A DNA stretch of 64,000 nucleotides from Camelus dromedarius (lineage: Eukaryota). The notes below the pieces were generated by a model, which did not search any database, was not told the origin of the DNA, and worked only from the letters and a program-made list of their open reading frames with translations. The stretch spans positions 88,538,001 to 88,602,000 of the forward strand of contig NC_087437.1 of the NCBI RefSeq assembly GCF_036321535.1. The letters are read 5' to 3'. Positions 12,563 through 25,200 of the stretch are shown here, one piece after another. How positions within the stretch are numbered: position 1 is the first letter of the stretch; every line of letters begins with the position of its first letter. The position numbers were made by a program, and so were the translations under genes.

Positions 12563-14299
12563 GTAATACTTTTTTTAACATATGTGTATATATAGATAGA
12601 AATAGTTCTTAAATAGGTCTCATTGTGATCATTTATGTGACGTGTGTACCTTTAGAGGTTTCGAACACTTAAGAGAATGTGCTTTTATTACGATTTTGAC
12701 TGACTAGTTAGGAACTTTGATTAAATATGTTTAGTAGATTTATAAGATCAAAATACTAAACACTAAGGAGGTAATGACAGTGCCTCTTTGGGCAAAAGAC
12801 CCCTCAGATTTTGAAGATTTTGCAATAATTCCAACCATTTTTTTAAGGGCACAGGGAAATCCCAGCCTTCCTTGGGAATTATAAAAGATAAGCAATCCAG
12901 GAAGGTGAAGGTGATGGGCCCTGGGCCCCTGAGCATCAGAGCAGCAGAGCCCAAGTCCTCAGGAATCCTGCAGGGAGGCCGTGCCACAACTGTGGCCTGT
13001 AGTCATTCTGTGTTAAACGTGATCTGGGTCCCTCATTGCATATGCACACTTCACTGATCCCTGTCCCTTTCTGAGTCTTTTGAATGCCTAAGGTGTCCAC
13101 TTCCTTGGAGCTTACTGATGGCTCCAACTTCAGTAGCATCATGTTGTCTATTTTCTCCTGAAGCCTGGATATTTTTTATTCATCTTACTCTTCCTTATGC
13201 AAGAAAGTGCAGAACTGAGATTCTAAAACCTGAGAGAAAAGACAGTTAAAAAAATTTTTTTTTGCTTATTAATTCAAGACAGCAAAAAAAAAAAAATCCT
13301 CGGAAGATGGGGAGAGGGCTCATTAATCAAAGTCAACATGTTACTAAGTAATGAATTTTTTTTCCTATTTTGGAGTATTTCTTTAAGAGAAATTCCCAGA
13401 TGTGAAATAATAAAAGCAAAGTTAGAAAAAGAAAGTGCACTATTTGATACACGCTAACAATTTGAAGCCCTTAGGATACTCACAGAGACCAATAAACACA
13501 CCAGCTTGCCTTCATTCTAGCAGGCATTGTCTTTTTTAAAGGGTTGGCTGATTTAAAAGTGAAAATAAAAACTGACCACACACCACTAGCATCCTCTCTT
13601 ATACCTGCTGCTTTTTGATACTAGAATTATGTAGTTTTCCTAAATTATTTTGTCAACAGGCAAGTGGAAGCATCCCATTGTTTGCGTACAGTTCTCATTT
13701 GAAACAAAAATTATTGTTCAATTATATCATCATCCATTGAGAATAGTCATCTGAGCAATTTACAACTGGGGAGTCCTCATTATCTGTAAAAGCCAAAAGT
13801 AATCAATTAAGTGAAATGCTTCAGTGAAGCTGAAAGAATTGCCCCCTAAATATTTATTCTGATTACCCGCCAAGAGTATAATGTATATAGAGCTAAGTCA
13901 GGAGTTTCAGAACAGCCCTAAGAAGATTGGTCTCTCCCAATCTTAGCATCAAGCAGTTAACGACGACTACAAAATTTATTTAGTATCAGCCAATATAGAC
14001 TAATAATATAAACAGTAGATTAAAATGATTCAGTATGTTGGGTAATGAGTAGCAGGGAGTCTCCTCTCCTTCCAAATCATGAATGCATCCAAATGGGCAA
14101 AATGAAGTCCATGGGAATTTCAGCCGAAACCACTTTCCCTGTTAGTTTATCATTTAAATTGCAGTTTTTTGCGAGTTCACCTGTTTATCTCCATCTGGCC
14201 GAGACGTAACTGGGAGACATGCAAAGTTTAAGTGTCTCTGAATTGTTCTACTCTATGTCTCTAGAAAATCTGTGTATCTAATCTTGATCTCCCTTTTAA

Positions 14300-15230
14300 A
14301 CTTTAGGTTTCTATATTCAGTTACCTACTGGCTGTTCATCAGAGAACCAAATTCCAAAGATGCAAAGTTGACTTTCCATCTCCCCACCCATACCTTTGCT
14401 TATGCCTGGTGTTGTCCATCCTACTGAGTGATCTCATCACCCTCCTTGATCCAGAAACCCAGAAACTCAGTTACCATCCTTGGCTTCTCCTCTAACTCAG
14501 TCTGTTACAATCAGCTGATTAGCATCTTCTGTCTATTTTGACTTCATGCTGTCATCCAATATTTATTGAGGATCTAAAGTGTGCTAGCCTGGTGCTTCAC
14601 AGACTTTAATGTGTATACAAATCACCTGAGATCTTGTCTGGCTACTAGTTCAGTAGTTTTGGAATTCTGCATGTTTAATAGGCTCCAAAAAGATGCCAGA
14701 GCTGTTGATCTTCTCCATAACTGGAGTTGCAGAGTACCAGGAAATCTAGGAATCAGGATGCTACAGTGACCCAAAATTCTTGGCCTCAAGCAGCTTACCT
14801 TGTAATGAAGAGAGATAGAAAATGGACAGATATATCAGGGGAAAATAAGCATTATGAAAAAGTAAAGAGGGAACAGGTACAGTTTAAAGGAGAAAGGAAG
14901 TGATAGATAAGCTATTTACCAGGGTGGTCAGGGTGGACCTTTCTGGTAAGGTGACATTTGAACTCTCGCATCAGAAGCAAGAGCTTTGGTTATTTGGAAG
15001 GGCAGAACAAATGATCCCAGACAGAAGTTGTCTGACTGCTTCTCTCCATCCCTAGAGGCTGAGTTGAAGTCCCCTTCATTTCTGGCCTGGACCACTGCAG
15101 AAGGCCTCCTTCCACTTGTACGTGTCTCTGACCCACTCTCTGCATTGTTTCCAGAATGGTCTTTCTAAAGCATAAATATAACCATGTCATCTTCTAAAAG
15201 TCCCAATTGGCTTTCGTTGCTCACACTATA
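14300..15230. mobile_element. L2 fragments with a nested MER5-like hAT element (~14590-14730)
   Basis: L2 motifs (atttattgag; ggtgacatttgaac; tctttctaaagcataaat) and aatcacctgagatcttgt...ctgcatgtttaataggctcc. Confidence 0.5.
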
Positions 15231-16419
15231 AAATATGATTAAATCACTGTTAACAGCACTGCATTAGCTTCCTCTTTTCCAGTGCTATTTGGTGAAGTAA
15301 ACAGTGGCTGTGTATTCTTAATGTATAACAGATTCCTTTCGACTTTTAAGTAACTATTTGCTGAATCATTGCCATTTTGTAGACCCCTACCACATCCTTT
15401 CGTGCATTGTTAAAATGCTCAACGAAGTAAAAGACATTTTCTCCTCCATCCGTTTCTGTTTTTACAAAGAAAATGTAGACTATTTAAACTCGAATTTTTG
15501 CAACAAAAAGAACCCAAAAAAGTCCTCTTGTATTTCAAATTTTAATTTCTTCAAGAAATGGTGGGCAGAAAATTTACACCTTGTTTAAACATGTGCAAAT
15601 TCCTGAGATTCCTATTTGCTATGAGAAAAATGTGTTTTTTTGACTTGGTTGTTAGTAAGCTAGAAGCATACATTTTTCTCAAAAGATAAAATTTAAAGCA
15701 ATGCCAACTATAAATATCTGATTTATCCTTTTAAAAAAGTATTGTTTCGTTTTCTCTTTTTTGTGCGCTTCTCTCTAGGCTTAACTCCCAGAGTTATAAT
15801 CCTAGTAGTCATAAAAAGAATTGTTGATGCATGCATTCTCAGAGTCTAACTGAGAAGAAGGTCATAGGCATGGCAAGTCCTACGTTGAGATCCACTTATC
15901 AATCCATAGATGTTTCTCTCTTCACATACAGAACAAGTTATTCTGCATGAAATGCATGTGTGAAGACGAGAGCTTTGGAAAATTGAGGCCCTTGCAGTCC
16001 AATATATTGCCTATTCAAGTCCAGTCAGATGTTATCCATAGCCGTTTCATGCGGGATGCCGGCCAAGTCAAAGAAAGTTGAATTCTCTTTATTTCGTGGT
16101 TTTCTTATGACTTGGCAATTTGAATATATGACACTAAAAATACTATAGCAGAACACAAGGGCTGGAAACATTTGAATTGTATGATACAGGGCTCAGAAAC
16201 AAAGATGTGGATCAGGCTAGTCTCTCTTCTCACAAAACTTCCACAGAATAACAAAACAAACTCTGAAGAAAGTAAACTTCTGCTTCAGACACCCTAGGCT
16301 CAGAATTCTGGGTCCTTTCCCTGCCTTCATTGTACTCTTTCCAATTCAAATTCTCAGAAATGTTCTGACACTCTATTTTAATTAAATGAAGTTTCAATTG
16401 TTTTGCAAAACTTAGTGGC

Positions 16420-16835
16420 ATAGAACAAAAATGGTTTGTTGGTTTCCTGATTTTTTGGATTGGCTAGTTTCAGTTGGATGGTTCTTCGGGTGCAGGTAGT
16501 GTCAGGTGAGGTAATGTGTGTAACTGCCTTCCACTGAGAGCTGGGCTGTCTGTCACTGGGTGTTTAAGACCGCCTCAGTCACATGTCTGGTACTTCAGCT
16601 GAGGTGGATGGAACTGCTTGAGACTGAACAGCAAAAGTGGAAGCTGTCAGGTCCCTTATGCCCTAGTCCCAGAACTGATACAGTGTCATCTTTGCCACAT
16701 TCTTTGGGTCAAAGCAACTCACATGGCAGCATAGATTAAGGAAAGGAATATCAACCCTATCTCTTGATGAGAGAAACTGCATACATGTACATGGATGGGA
16801 GGTATTCTTGCTGGCAATTTTGGAAACAATCTACC
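16420..16835 (-). mobile_element. Old MaLR LTR (MLT1F/H-like)
   Basis: cagtgtcatctttgccacattctttgggtcaaagcaactcacatggcag...ttttggaaacaatctacca. Confidence 0.65.
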
Positions 16836-16970
16836 AAAAAAGAATATTTTTTTTTTCTATAAGTGTATTCAATTTAAACTTTATTTCTAGTTGTGAAATA
16901 AAAAGCATTATAGTAGCAGAATTTGTTAGTGACAGTGGATACTTCTGGAAATGTCTACTCAAGACATAAG

Positions 16971-17333
16971 TGTTATAGACTGATTATTTGTTTTCCCTCA
17001 GAATTCACATGTTGAAGTTATAACTCCCAGTATGGTGGCATTTAGAGATGAGATCTTTGAGAGATAATTAGGTTTAAATGAGGTCGTGAGGGTGGGGCTC
17101 CAGTGACAGGCTTAGTGTCTTTATCAAAAGGAAACAAAAGACCAGATCTTCCATGTAAGGACTCAGAGAAAAAGCATTTGTCTTCAAGCCAGGTAGAGGG
17201 CTGTTACCAAAAACCAAATCTGTTGGCACCTTGATCTTGGACTTCCCATCCCCCAGAACTGTGAGAAATAAATGTCTGTTGCTGAAGCCACCCCGTACAT
17301 ATCTTCTTACAGCCGCCTGAGCAGACTGACACA
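16971..17333 (+). mobile_element. MaLR solo LTR (MLT1A-like), full length
   Basis: tgttatagactga...agccgcctgagcagactgacaca; degenerate 5-bp TSD ataag/gtagg. Confidence 0.88.
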
Positions 17334-17536
17334 GTAGGTAAGGCTGATCCTTCACCTAGAAAAATACTCAGGAATTTCTCCAACAACTCCATTCTGCATT
17401 ATTCATGTATAAAAATCTAAGTGACTTCTGCCACCATCAGATTTCAATAACAAGCTTCATGATTTTTTCATGACTTAAAGATTAATATAAGCTGAAGTCA
17501 CCAAAATGAGTTTTGGGCTTATGCAGACTATCTTCG

Positions 17537-17990
17537 TGTATTAGAGAGCTATTGCTGAAATTCAGTGGCTTACAGGAACAGCAACAGGAATTTACATTAT
17601 AATATATTTAATATGCAATAAATATAAGAATATTTACTCTTCTTGCCCACAGATCTATGGGGCAGCCAGGACAGCTCTGCTTCATGCTGTGGGTCAGCTG
17701 GGCTGGGCTTCAGGCTGTGGACTGGGTTCCAGTGTTCTCTACAGGTCTCATTCTAGGACCAGCAGCTATCCAGGGTGCATTCCTCTTTTGATAGCTAATA
17801 ATAGCATAAGAAAGCAAGTAGAAATAGACAATATTTGTTAGGACCTCATGAGACCTACCATATTGCACTTGCCAGAACAAGTTGTTTGACCAAACCTAAC
17901 ATGCATGGGACAGGGCACTGCATCTCAGACTAGAAGTCACTGCAAGGTCATACGCAGAGGACAGAAGTCAAGAATAATCCCCATGTACCT
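17537..17990 (-). mobile_element. Old MaLR LTR (MLT1-type)
   Basis: tgtattag...aattcagtggcttac...atattgcacttgccagaacaagt. Confidence 0.55.
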
Positions 17991-18561
17991 ACAGCAGGAC
18001 AAATCCCACAGATGGGCCAAATCTGTGGACAATACTGGAGTGGTAAATATAACTACTAAGGCCTAATGAGGTGGAGGTAACTGATGTTCATAACAATGAT
18101 CTTGAATCATCTACAAGACTTTGCATAATGTTCCAGATTTTTAGTTCTTTAACAAATCAAAATGTTTTTAAAACATTTTAAGACCAATTGATCTAATTTC
18201 ACAAAAAAATTTTATTTTTTGTTAAACATAACTTATTACAGTGCCACATAATTGACATGTTGTTGAATTTAATTAAATTTTCCTTCTTCTAATATTCTAC
18301 TTAGGCCTATAATTGCTGTACTCCAAAATCATCTTGCTCATGTTTTCCTCTGTATCCACACTCTGAAACTGTCACAGAGCTAACTTTAAAACAGAGGTAT
18401 TTTCTCTTCTTAATTTCAGTTTTATCTAAGGAAATCCTTAAAGTGTATTCTAAAGTGAGCAAAGCATAAAGCAATCAAAACTGCCCAGGACTTCCACTCT
18501 ACCCCAGTAAAGCAGCATTTAATATGTTTTTAACATGTTTCTTTTCCTTTGAATTTGTAAC

Positions 18562-18933
18562 TGTTGGAGAAGGTCATCAAGATGTGACTGCCCTTTGACC
18601 CTTGAACTTGCCCTGGGCAATCAGAGGTTCCTCACCCCCTCCCCTGTCTTAGGATGTAAGTTCTGCCCACCTTTTCCACACTAGGAGTTGCTTCAAGGAC
18701 ATAAACTTGAAAAAGTCATTTGTTGTTGAGACCACCTGGATGGTTTATTTGGCAGGTGCTAAGATCTACCCATCTTGCACCCACTCAGACAAACCTCTTT
18801 TGCATATAAGTTCCCTTGCTTATTAAACTGCCACCTACCAGTCTGAAATGATTTGCCTCTTTCTTCTGTCTCTCCCTACCCTCCATGTACAGGGGCCAGT
18901 ACCCTCCTGGGGAACTTCCAAGATTGCAAACCA
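18562..18933 (+). mobile_element. ERV solo LTR
   Basis: TG...CA termini, catataag TATA-like motif followed by an attaaa poly(A) signal, LTR-like base composition. Confidence 0.55.
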
Positions 18934-19173
18934 AGAGTAACATAAATCCGCATTTAAAAAATTGAAATGCCATAATTTCACTCCAATAATAATTCATTAC
19001 ACATTTTACCAACCTCTTGAATGTTCCTAACAATTGTGGCCCTTGAAATTAAAGCACATGAATTAAGTTGAAAATAAAATAGATTTTACTGTACTCTCTT
19101 CTTCATTAGCAAACTCTATTCCCTTGAATTGTCTCTTTTGATATGCTCAGATAATACATGGTTGTGCCTGGTA

Positions 19174-21178
19174 CAGGCAGGCACAGGAAGGTCCAGGCAC
19201 GCCTTGTTTTGCATTTCATTTTATTGTGCTTCACAGATACTATGTTTTTTGCAAATTGGTTGTTTGTGGCAACCCTGTTTTAAACAAGTCCATCGGTGCC
19301 ATTTTTCCAGCAGCACTTGCTCACTTCTCTGTGTCACCTTTTGGTAATTCTCCCAATATTTCAAACTTTTTTTTATTATTGTTGTATTTGTTATGGTGAT
19401 CTGTGATCAGTGATTTTTGACGTTACTATTAGAATTGTTTTGGGGTGCTGTGAATCATGCCACCCATATAAGGCAGTGAACTTAATCAATAAGTGTTGTG
19501 TTACCCAAGTTACCCAGTTACCCAAGTTAGAATGCAAAGGAAAAGTTCTTGAAAAAAATTAAAAATGCTGCTCCAGTGAATAAATGAATGATAAAAAAAA
19601 AAAAAGTAAAACAGCCTTATTGCTGATACAGAGAAGGTCTGAGTGGTCTGGGTAGATCAAGCCAACCACAACATTCCCTTAAAACAAAGCCCAATCCAGA
19701 GAAAGCTTTAACTCTCTTCAGTTATGGCAGGGCTGTGAAGCTGAGGAAGCTGCAGAAGAAAAATCTGAAGCTCACAGAGATTAGTTCATGAGATTTAAGG
19801 AAAGAAGCCATCTCCAAAATGTAAAAGTGCGAGATGAAGCAGCAAGTGCTGATGCAGAAGTTATCAGAAGATCTAGCTAAGATCATTAATGAAAATGGCT
19901 ACACTAAACAACAAATTCAATGTAGATGAAACAGGCTTATAGTGGACAAACATACCATCTAGTTCTTCCAAGAGAAGTCAATGCCTGGTCTCAATGTCAA
20001 AGGACAGGCTGACTCTTGTTAGGGGCTAATGAAGCTGGTGACTTGTAGTTGAAGACAATGCTCATTTACCATTCTGAAAATCCTAGGGCCCTTAAGAATT
20101 ATGTTAAATCTACTCTGCCTGTGCTCTATAAATGGAACCACAAAGCCTGGATGACAGCACATCTGTTTCTAATATGGTTTACTGAATATTTTAAGCTCAC
20201 ATTTGAGAACTACTGCTCAGAAAAGAAGATTCTTTCTCAATATTCCTGCACATTCACAATGTCCCTGGTCACCCAAGAGCTCTGATGGAGATGTACAACC
20301 AGATTAATGTCATTCTCATGCCAGCTAACACAGCATCCATCTGCAGCCACGGATCAAAGAATAATTTCAACTTTTAAGTCTTATTATTTAAGAAATACAT
20401 TTTGTAAGGCCATAGATAGTGTTTTCCCTGATGAATCTGAGCCAAAGTAAATTGAAAACCTCTGGAAAGGATTTACCCTTCTAGATGCCATTAAGAACAT
20501 TTGTGATTCATGGGAAGAGGCCACAGTATCAACATTAACAGGAGTTTGGAAGGAGCTGATTCCAATCCCCATGAATGACTTTGAGGGGTTCAAGACTTCA
20601 GTGGAGGAAGTAACTGCAGATGTGGTGTAAATAGCAAGAGAACTAGAATGAGAAGTAGGGGCTGACCTGTGGCTGAATTGCTTTATCAATCTCACGATAA
20701 AGCTTGAGTGGATGAGGAGTTGCTTGTTATGGATGAGCAGAGAGTACTTTCCTGAGATGAAATCTATTCATGGTGAAGATATGGTGAAGATATTGTGATG
20801 ATTGCAGAAATGACAACAAAGGATTTAGAATGTGGCACAGACTTAGTTGATGCCACAGCCCCTCCAGCCTTCAGCAACCACCATTCTGATCAGTCAGCAG
20901 CCATTCACGTCAAGGCAAGACCCTCCCCAGCAAGAAGATTAGAACTCCCTGAAAACTTAGATGATGCTTAGCATTTTTAAGCAATAAAGTATCCTTTAAG
21001 ATGTGTACTGTGTGTTTTTGAACATAATGGTATTGCACACTTAGACTTCAGCATAGTATAAACATAACTTTTATATGCATTGGAAAATAAAATTAAAAAA
21101 TGTGACTCACTTTATTGAGATATTCACCTCATTGCCATGGTCTGGAACCAAACCAGCCCCATCTCTGAGACATGCCTG
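19174..21178 (+). mobile_element. Tigger1 (TcMar-Tigger) DNA transposon, near full length with internal deletions, transposase disrupted
   Basis: TA|CAGGCA...TGCCTG|TA termini. ORF 20049-20285 ([42 protein letters not shown]) is Tigger1 DDE transposase. Confidence 0.95.
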
Positions 21179-22006
21179 TATTTAAAAATTAGGTCAAATT
21201 GTATAACAAGCTATCCTAATGTTACTCAAACTATATTTCGCCAAATTGAAGTTATTCTTTTTTGTAAGCAGAAGAGGAGAGTTTAGTTACAAGCTATAAG
21301 TTTTTACAGTCATAATGCAGTCATTATATTTCTATAAAATATAGTATTTCTTATATGAATTATTCCTTATAAATTGGACACAAATTTGCATTATAAGTTA
21401 AAATACCAACAAATGCCCCCAAGCTAAAGTATATATTACATATTCACAGGGAAGCTACAGCAAGCTGTGAATTCACAGACACACATCAAAATCATTCAAG
21501 CTGTTTCCTTTGCCTGGAATTTTCTTTCCTCATCTTGCCAGCTTTGTGAATCTGACTAGTTATGAACAAGTTAACTCCTCACCTTTAAAACTGTTATTGT
21601 TAAGACAGCCTCTAACTTTAGTTACCTTAAACAATGGTCTTTCACTTCCCTGAATTCCTAGAGCGATTATTGACTGTGCCTTCTCTTTGAAATTTATCTT
21701 CTGTTGCGTTGTATGACTAGTTATCTTTTATAAGTATCTCTCCACAAAGACAGTACACTCTTGAATCTTGGGAAGTGAGTCTTTTAACTGTTTGTATCCT
21801 CTGGGCCTCATGTGTATCTATTTGTGATTATTGGAAGTCAGAGGAATTCACTACTGATTAATGAATTTTGACGCTTCATTCGGTTTTTGTATGATGGTTA
21901 ATGGGGAGAAATTACAAATTTCTCAACTGTACATATAATATCGTTGTACCTTATGCAATTTTTTCATGTAATTTGGGAGGCAAAAATGCGTAAAATTTGT
22001 ATTTTA

Positions 22007-22210
22007 GAGCTAGTTTGGCAAATTGTTTCTGTAAAGGGCCAGATAATAAATCTTTTAGATTTTTTTGGTGTACATCTGTCACAACTGCTCAGCTCAGCTG
22101 TCACGGTGTGGGAATGTCTGTAGACACTACTCAGAAAAATGAGCAGAACTTTTTTCCAGTAACACTATATTTACCAAAGCAGGTGGCAGGCTAGATTCTT
22201 TTGCTCACAT
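22007..22210 (+). mobile_element. MER58-like hAT-Charlie MITE
   Basis: ttggcaaattgtttctgtaaagggccagataataaat...caactgctcagctc...caaagcaggtggcaggctagatt. Confidence 0.8.
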
Positions 22211-25200
22211 CTGGAGGGCTGTTCTAGTGGGTTGTTTTAGAGTGTTCACTAGGATATGTTAAATCAGAAAACCTACATCTTATTTCTTTTGTACTTAGGG
22301 CTACAGCATTAATTAACCGGTATTCACTCAGTAGAGTTTATTTTTCTCATGTACTCGCTGATATTCAGCAAATTTTATGCTTTCAAACAAGTTTAATACA
22401 GGCTTTGGCCTTGCAGATTTTGAAAATACTTTGTAGTACAGCATGACTTTTCTTGGTTTTAAAAGTATACTCCCCCATGAATCTATGGTTTCAGTGGTAA
22501 GGTTATTTTGATAAAATAATAAAATAAATGTTGTTACATTTCTCTTGAGAATGCAGACAAACAACATTTACACGTGATTCAGAGTTCATTTTAAACATTT
22601 TAATCATGGAGTATAATTTTATATTAATTAATAAATACATTTGGGAATGTCTTAAACAAGCACCATTTTGAGGGTTATTCCAAGCACCAGGAGAAACTAC
22701 AACTATTTCCCTTCATCTTATCTGTCCTAGAAGCACATTCAATGTGCATTCTTTGTACTTCTGTCATATGTGACTTCAGATTTTCTGCAGAAACCATTAT
22801 AGATAGATAGATAGTCATCTGTATAATTCATAAAAGGATTCAGAAGTCAAAAGCGTCAAGCTTTGAATTTTTATTTACAGTTATCTTTTTAAAAATAACA
22901 TGACTTGTTTTTGAGAAAAGTTTATTTTCCTGACAATAGTCAACAGCCTCAGAAAAATTTTAACAGTTCCTTGTTTTCCCTGCTCTAGATGTGCGGTAGC
23001 ACCACCTGCTGGTGTACGTGAAGCAAGTGTAGTATTACGAGTCAAAATAATCTACATGTTGGACATAGTATAAAAATGCACTAGGAGGGGCTAGAAAATT
23101 AAACAATCTTGAATGCTATTTGAGGTACATAAAGTTACTTTACCTAATTTGTATTTTATTTTTTAAAGATTCATTTTTAAATGCAATAAAATTGTCCAGT
23201 TCAGACCTTCAGTGAAGTTTTTTAAAACTGTAAAACTTTCTAATGAGGCGTTTACAACTTTAGCCACTAAAATTGTCTTTACTCAGCTCTTTTGTTTGAA
23301 TTTTTTATAAAATTTCTCTATACTTCCCGGCTTTCTCAAACAGAATATTCAGAATACAGTTTATCTGGTGCTTACTCATCAGTACCAGGCGTGCCCTCAG
23401 TCCACTTTCACTCTTTCCCAAGTCAATTAATGGTCTATCACTGCATGGCAGTCAGAGTACCTCATAGTACTAGCCTCTCTCTCTTCCTCCAGTTTTCTTT
23501 CTATAGCCTCTTGTATTTATGGAAACCACCTAAACAATGAACAACTTTTAAACTGCTTTTAAAATAAAAATTTTAAATAATCAGAACAAAAGTATTAGTA
23601 TCATCTTGCAAAAAAAAAAAAGCTTGCAATTTAATGCTAAGTGTTTGTAGAGGGAGGCAAGAAGACAGATCTTTACCTTAGAAAGTTGTCATTTAACATT
23701 TTGTAATAGATGAATAAACCCAAAGTTTTAGCATCACGTGTTAACTCTCACTAACTGACTCTAACTTTCATACACCCCATTCCTCCAGCATCTTTTGAAC
23801 AAAAGTTAACTGCTTTTTTCCTGAGACAGAAAAATAAATAGAGGAAAAATGGCAAAGCAGATTCACACTGAAGGTGAAATTGTGTAAGCTGACAAGTTTA
23901 TATAAACGTAGTAGTTTCCTCACGTCAACTTTCTGAGCATTGCTAGACTCCCTTCTGGTGACCTTCCCCCCTTAGTAGAATCTATACCTTTATGCTGCTC
24001 TCTAGTTACACACTGACCACCACTGAAATATTGAATACTTGAGAAATGCACTGTCTCCATTAGTGCTGTCATCAAGATATCTTCGCTGGACCAAAGACTA
24101 TGCCTTCCTTCTGCTACATGGCTTTCAATATTTCTTTTTTACTCCATGTTGTCTATTGGAGTGCTTTTTTGTCTATTTTTAAGTGCTTTTAGCATAAGCT
24201 CCTTTACATTCCTTTTTAAAATAGCCTAGGTATGAAGATTAAATATATTCAATAAATAAATACCTGTTGTAGGCTTTTTTCCCTTAAAGGCCTTTTCCTG
24301 AAAAATGGTCAGTAGGACTAGTGACTTAATGAATTTCTGGTTAAAACTGCATGGTTGACCCTTTCCAAAACATTGCTTAAACTGAAAGGAGTCATATGAA
24401 TGTGAGCTTTGTATCTCTGATACACTAGTGTCAGGTTAGGGGGAAGATACAAGGTCTTGTAGACCCCTGGAAATCTACAATTTATTTATTGCTTTTAGGA
24501 CCCCAAATCAGAGCTGACCCTATGAGAATTCAACAGTGAAGGTGTCAGGACAAATCTCATCTTAGTTTCTATTAGCAACAGAGCCCACGTTGGCAAAACC
24601 AAGAAATGAGCAGAATGTTTAAAACTTCTGTAGACTTGCTAATGTAAACCAAATCTCATGTGATTTCTATAGCAGAAATATTTAATGCTTTGTGATGCTT
24701 CTACATACTACCAAAATGCAGCAAAGCTGTACATTATCACCTATCAACACATTGCTTGACCTGAATAGAGAATTCTGTGTATTGATTCAAAGTATTAACC
24801 TCCTTTTGAGGAGAAAAGTCACATTGTTGCCCTGTGCTGCTTTATCATTAGAGGATGGTCCATGCTGGCCATCTGCTTGGTGAGCAACAGGAAGTGACTA
24901 ATTCTATATGATGCTAATTTGTTGAGTATTTAAGTCCTAGCATAATTTTTTTTTCATTTCCTTAGACAACTTATCTTTTTATGTAAGTTTTCTAAAAGTA
25001 CCTTTTCCATCTTCTCTAAAGAGAGGGTTTTAGTCTGAATTTAAAGCTTCAGCTTATCCCAGCACACTTGAAATTCGAAACCCATACTTGGAGACTGCCT
25101 TGACACCTCACGATGTAGAATCTCTTAGTGAAAAACCACTCTGTAGGAGTAATTGGGTACCGTTTGAAGATGCGTGGATTACCCCAACTGGTAGAATGGA

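Noticed and set aside
20049..20285. Active transposase / TIGD1-like gene
   Set aside because: Fragment of a Tigger1 copy with many stops, frameshifts and deletions.
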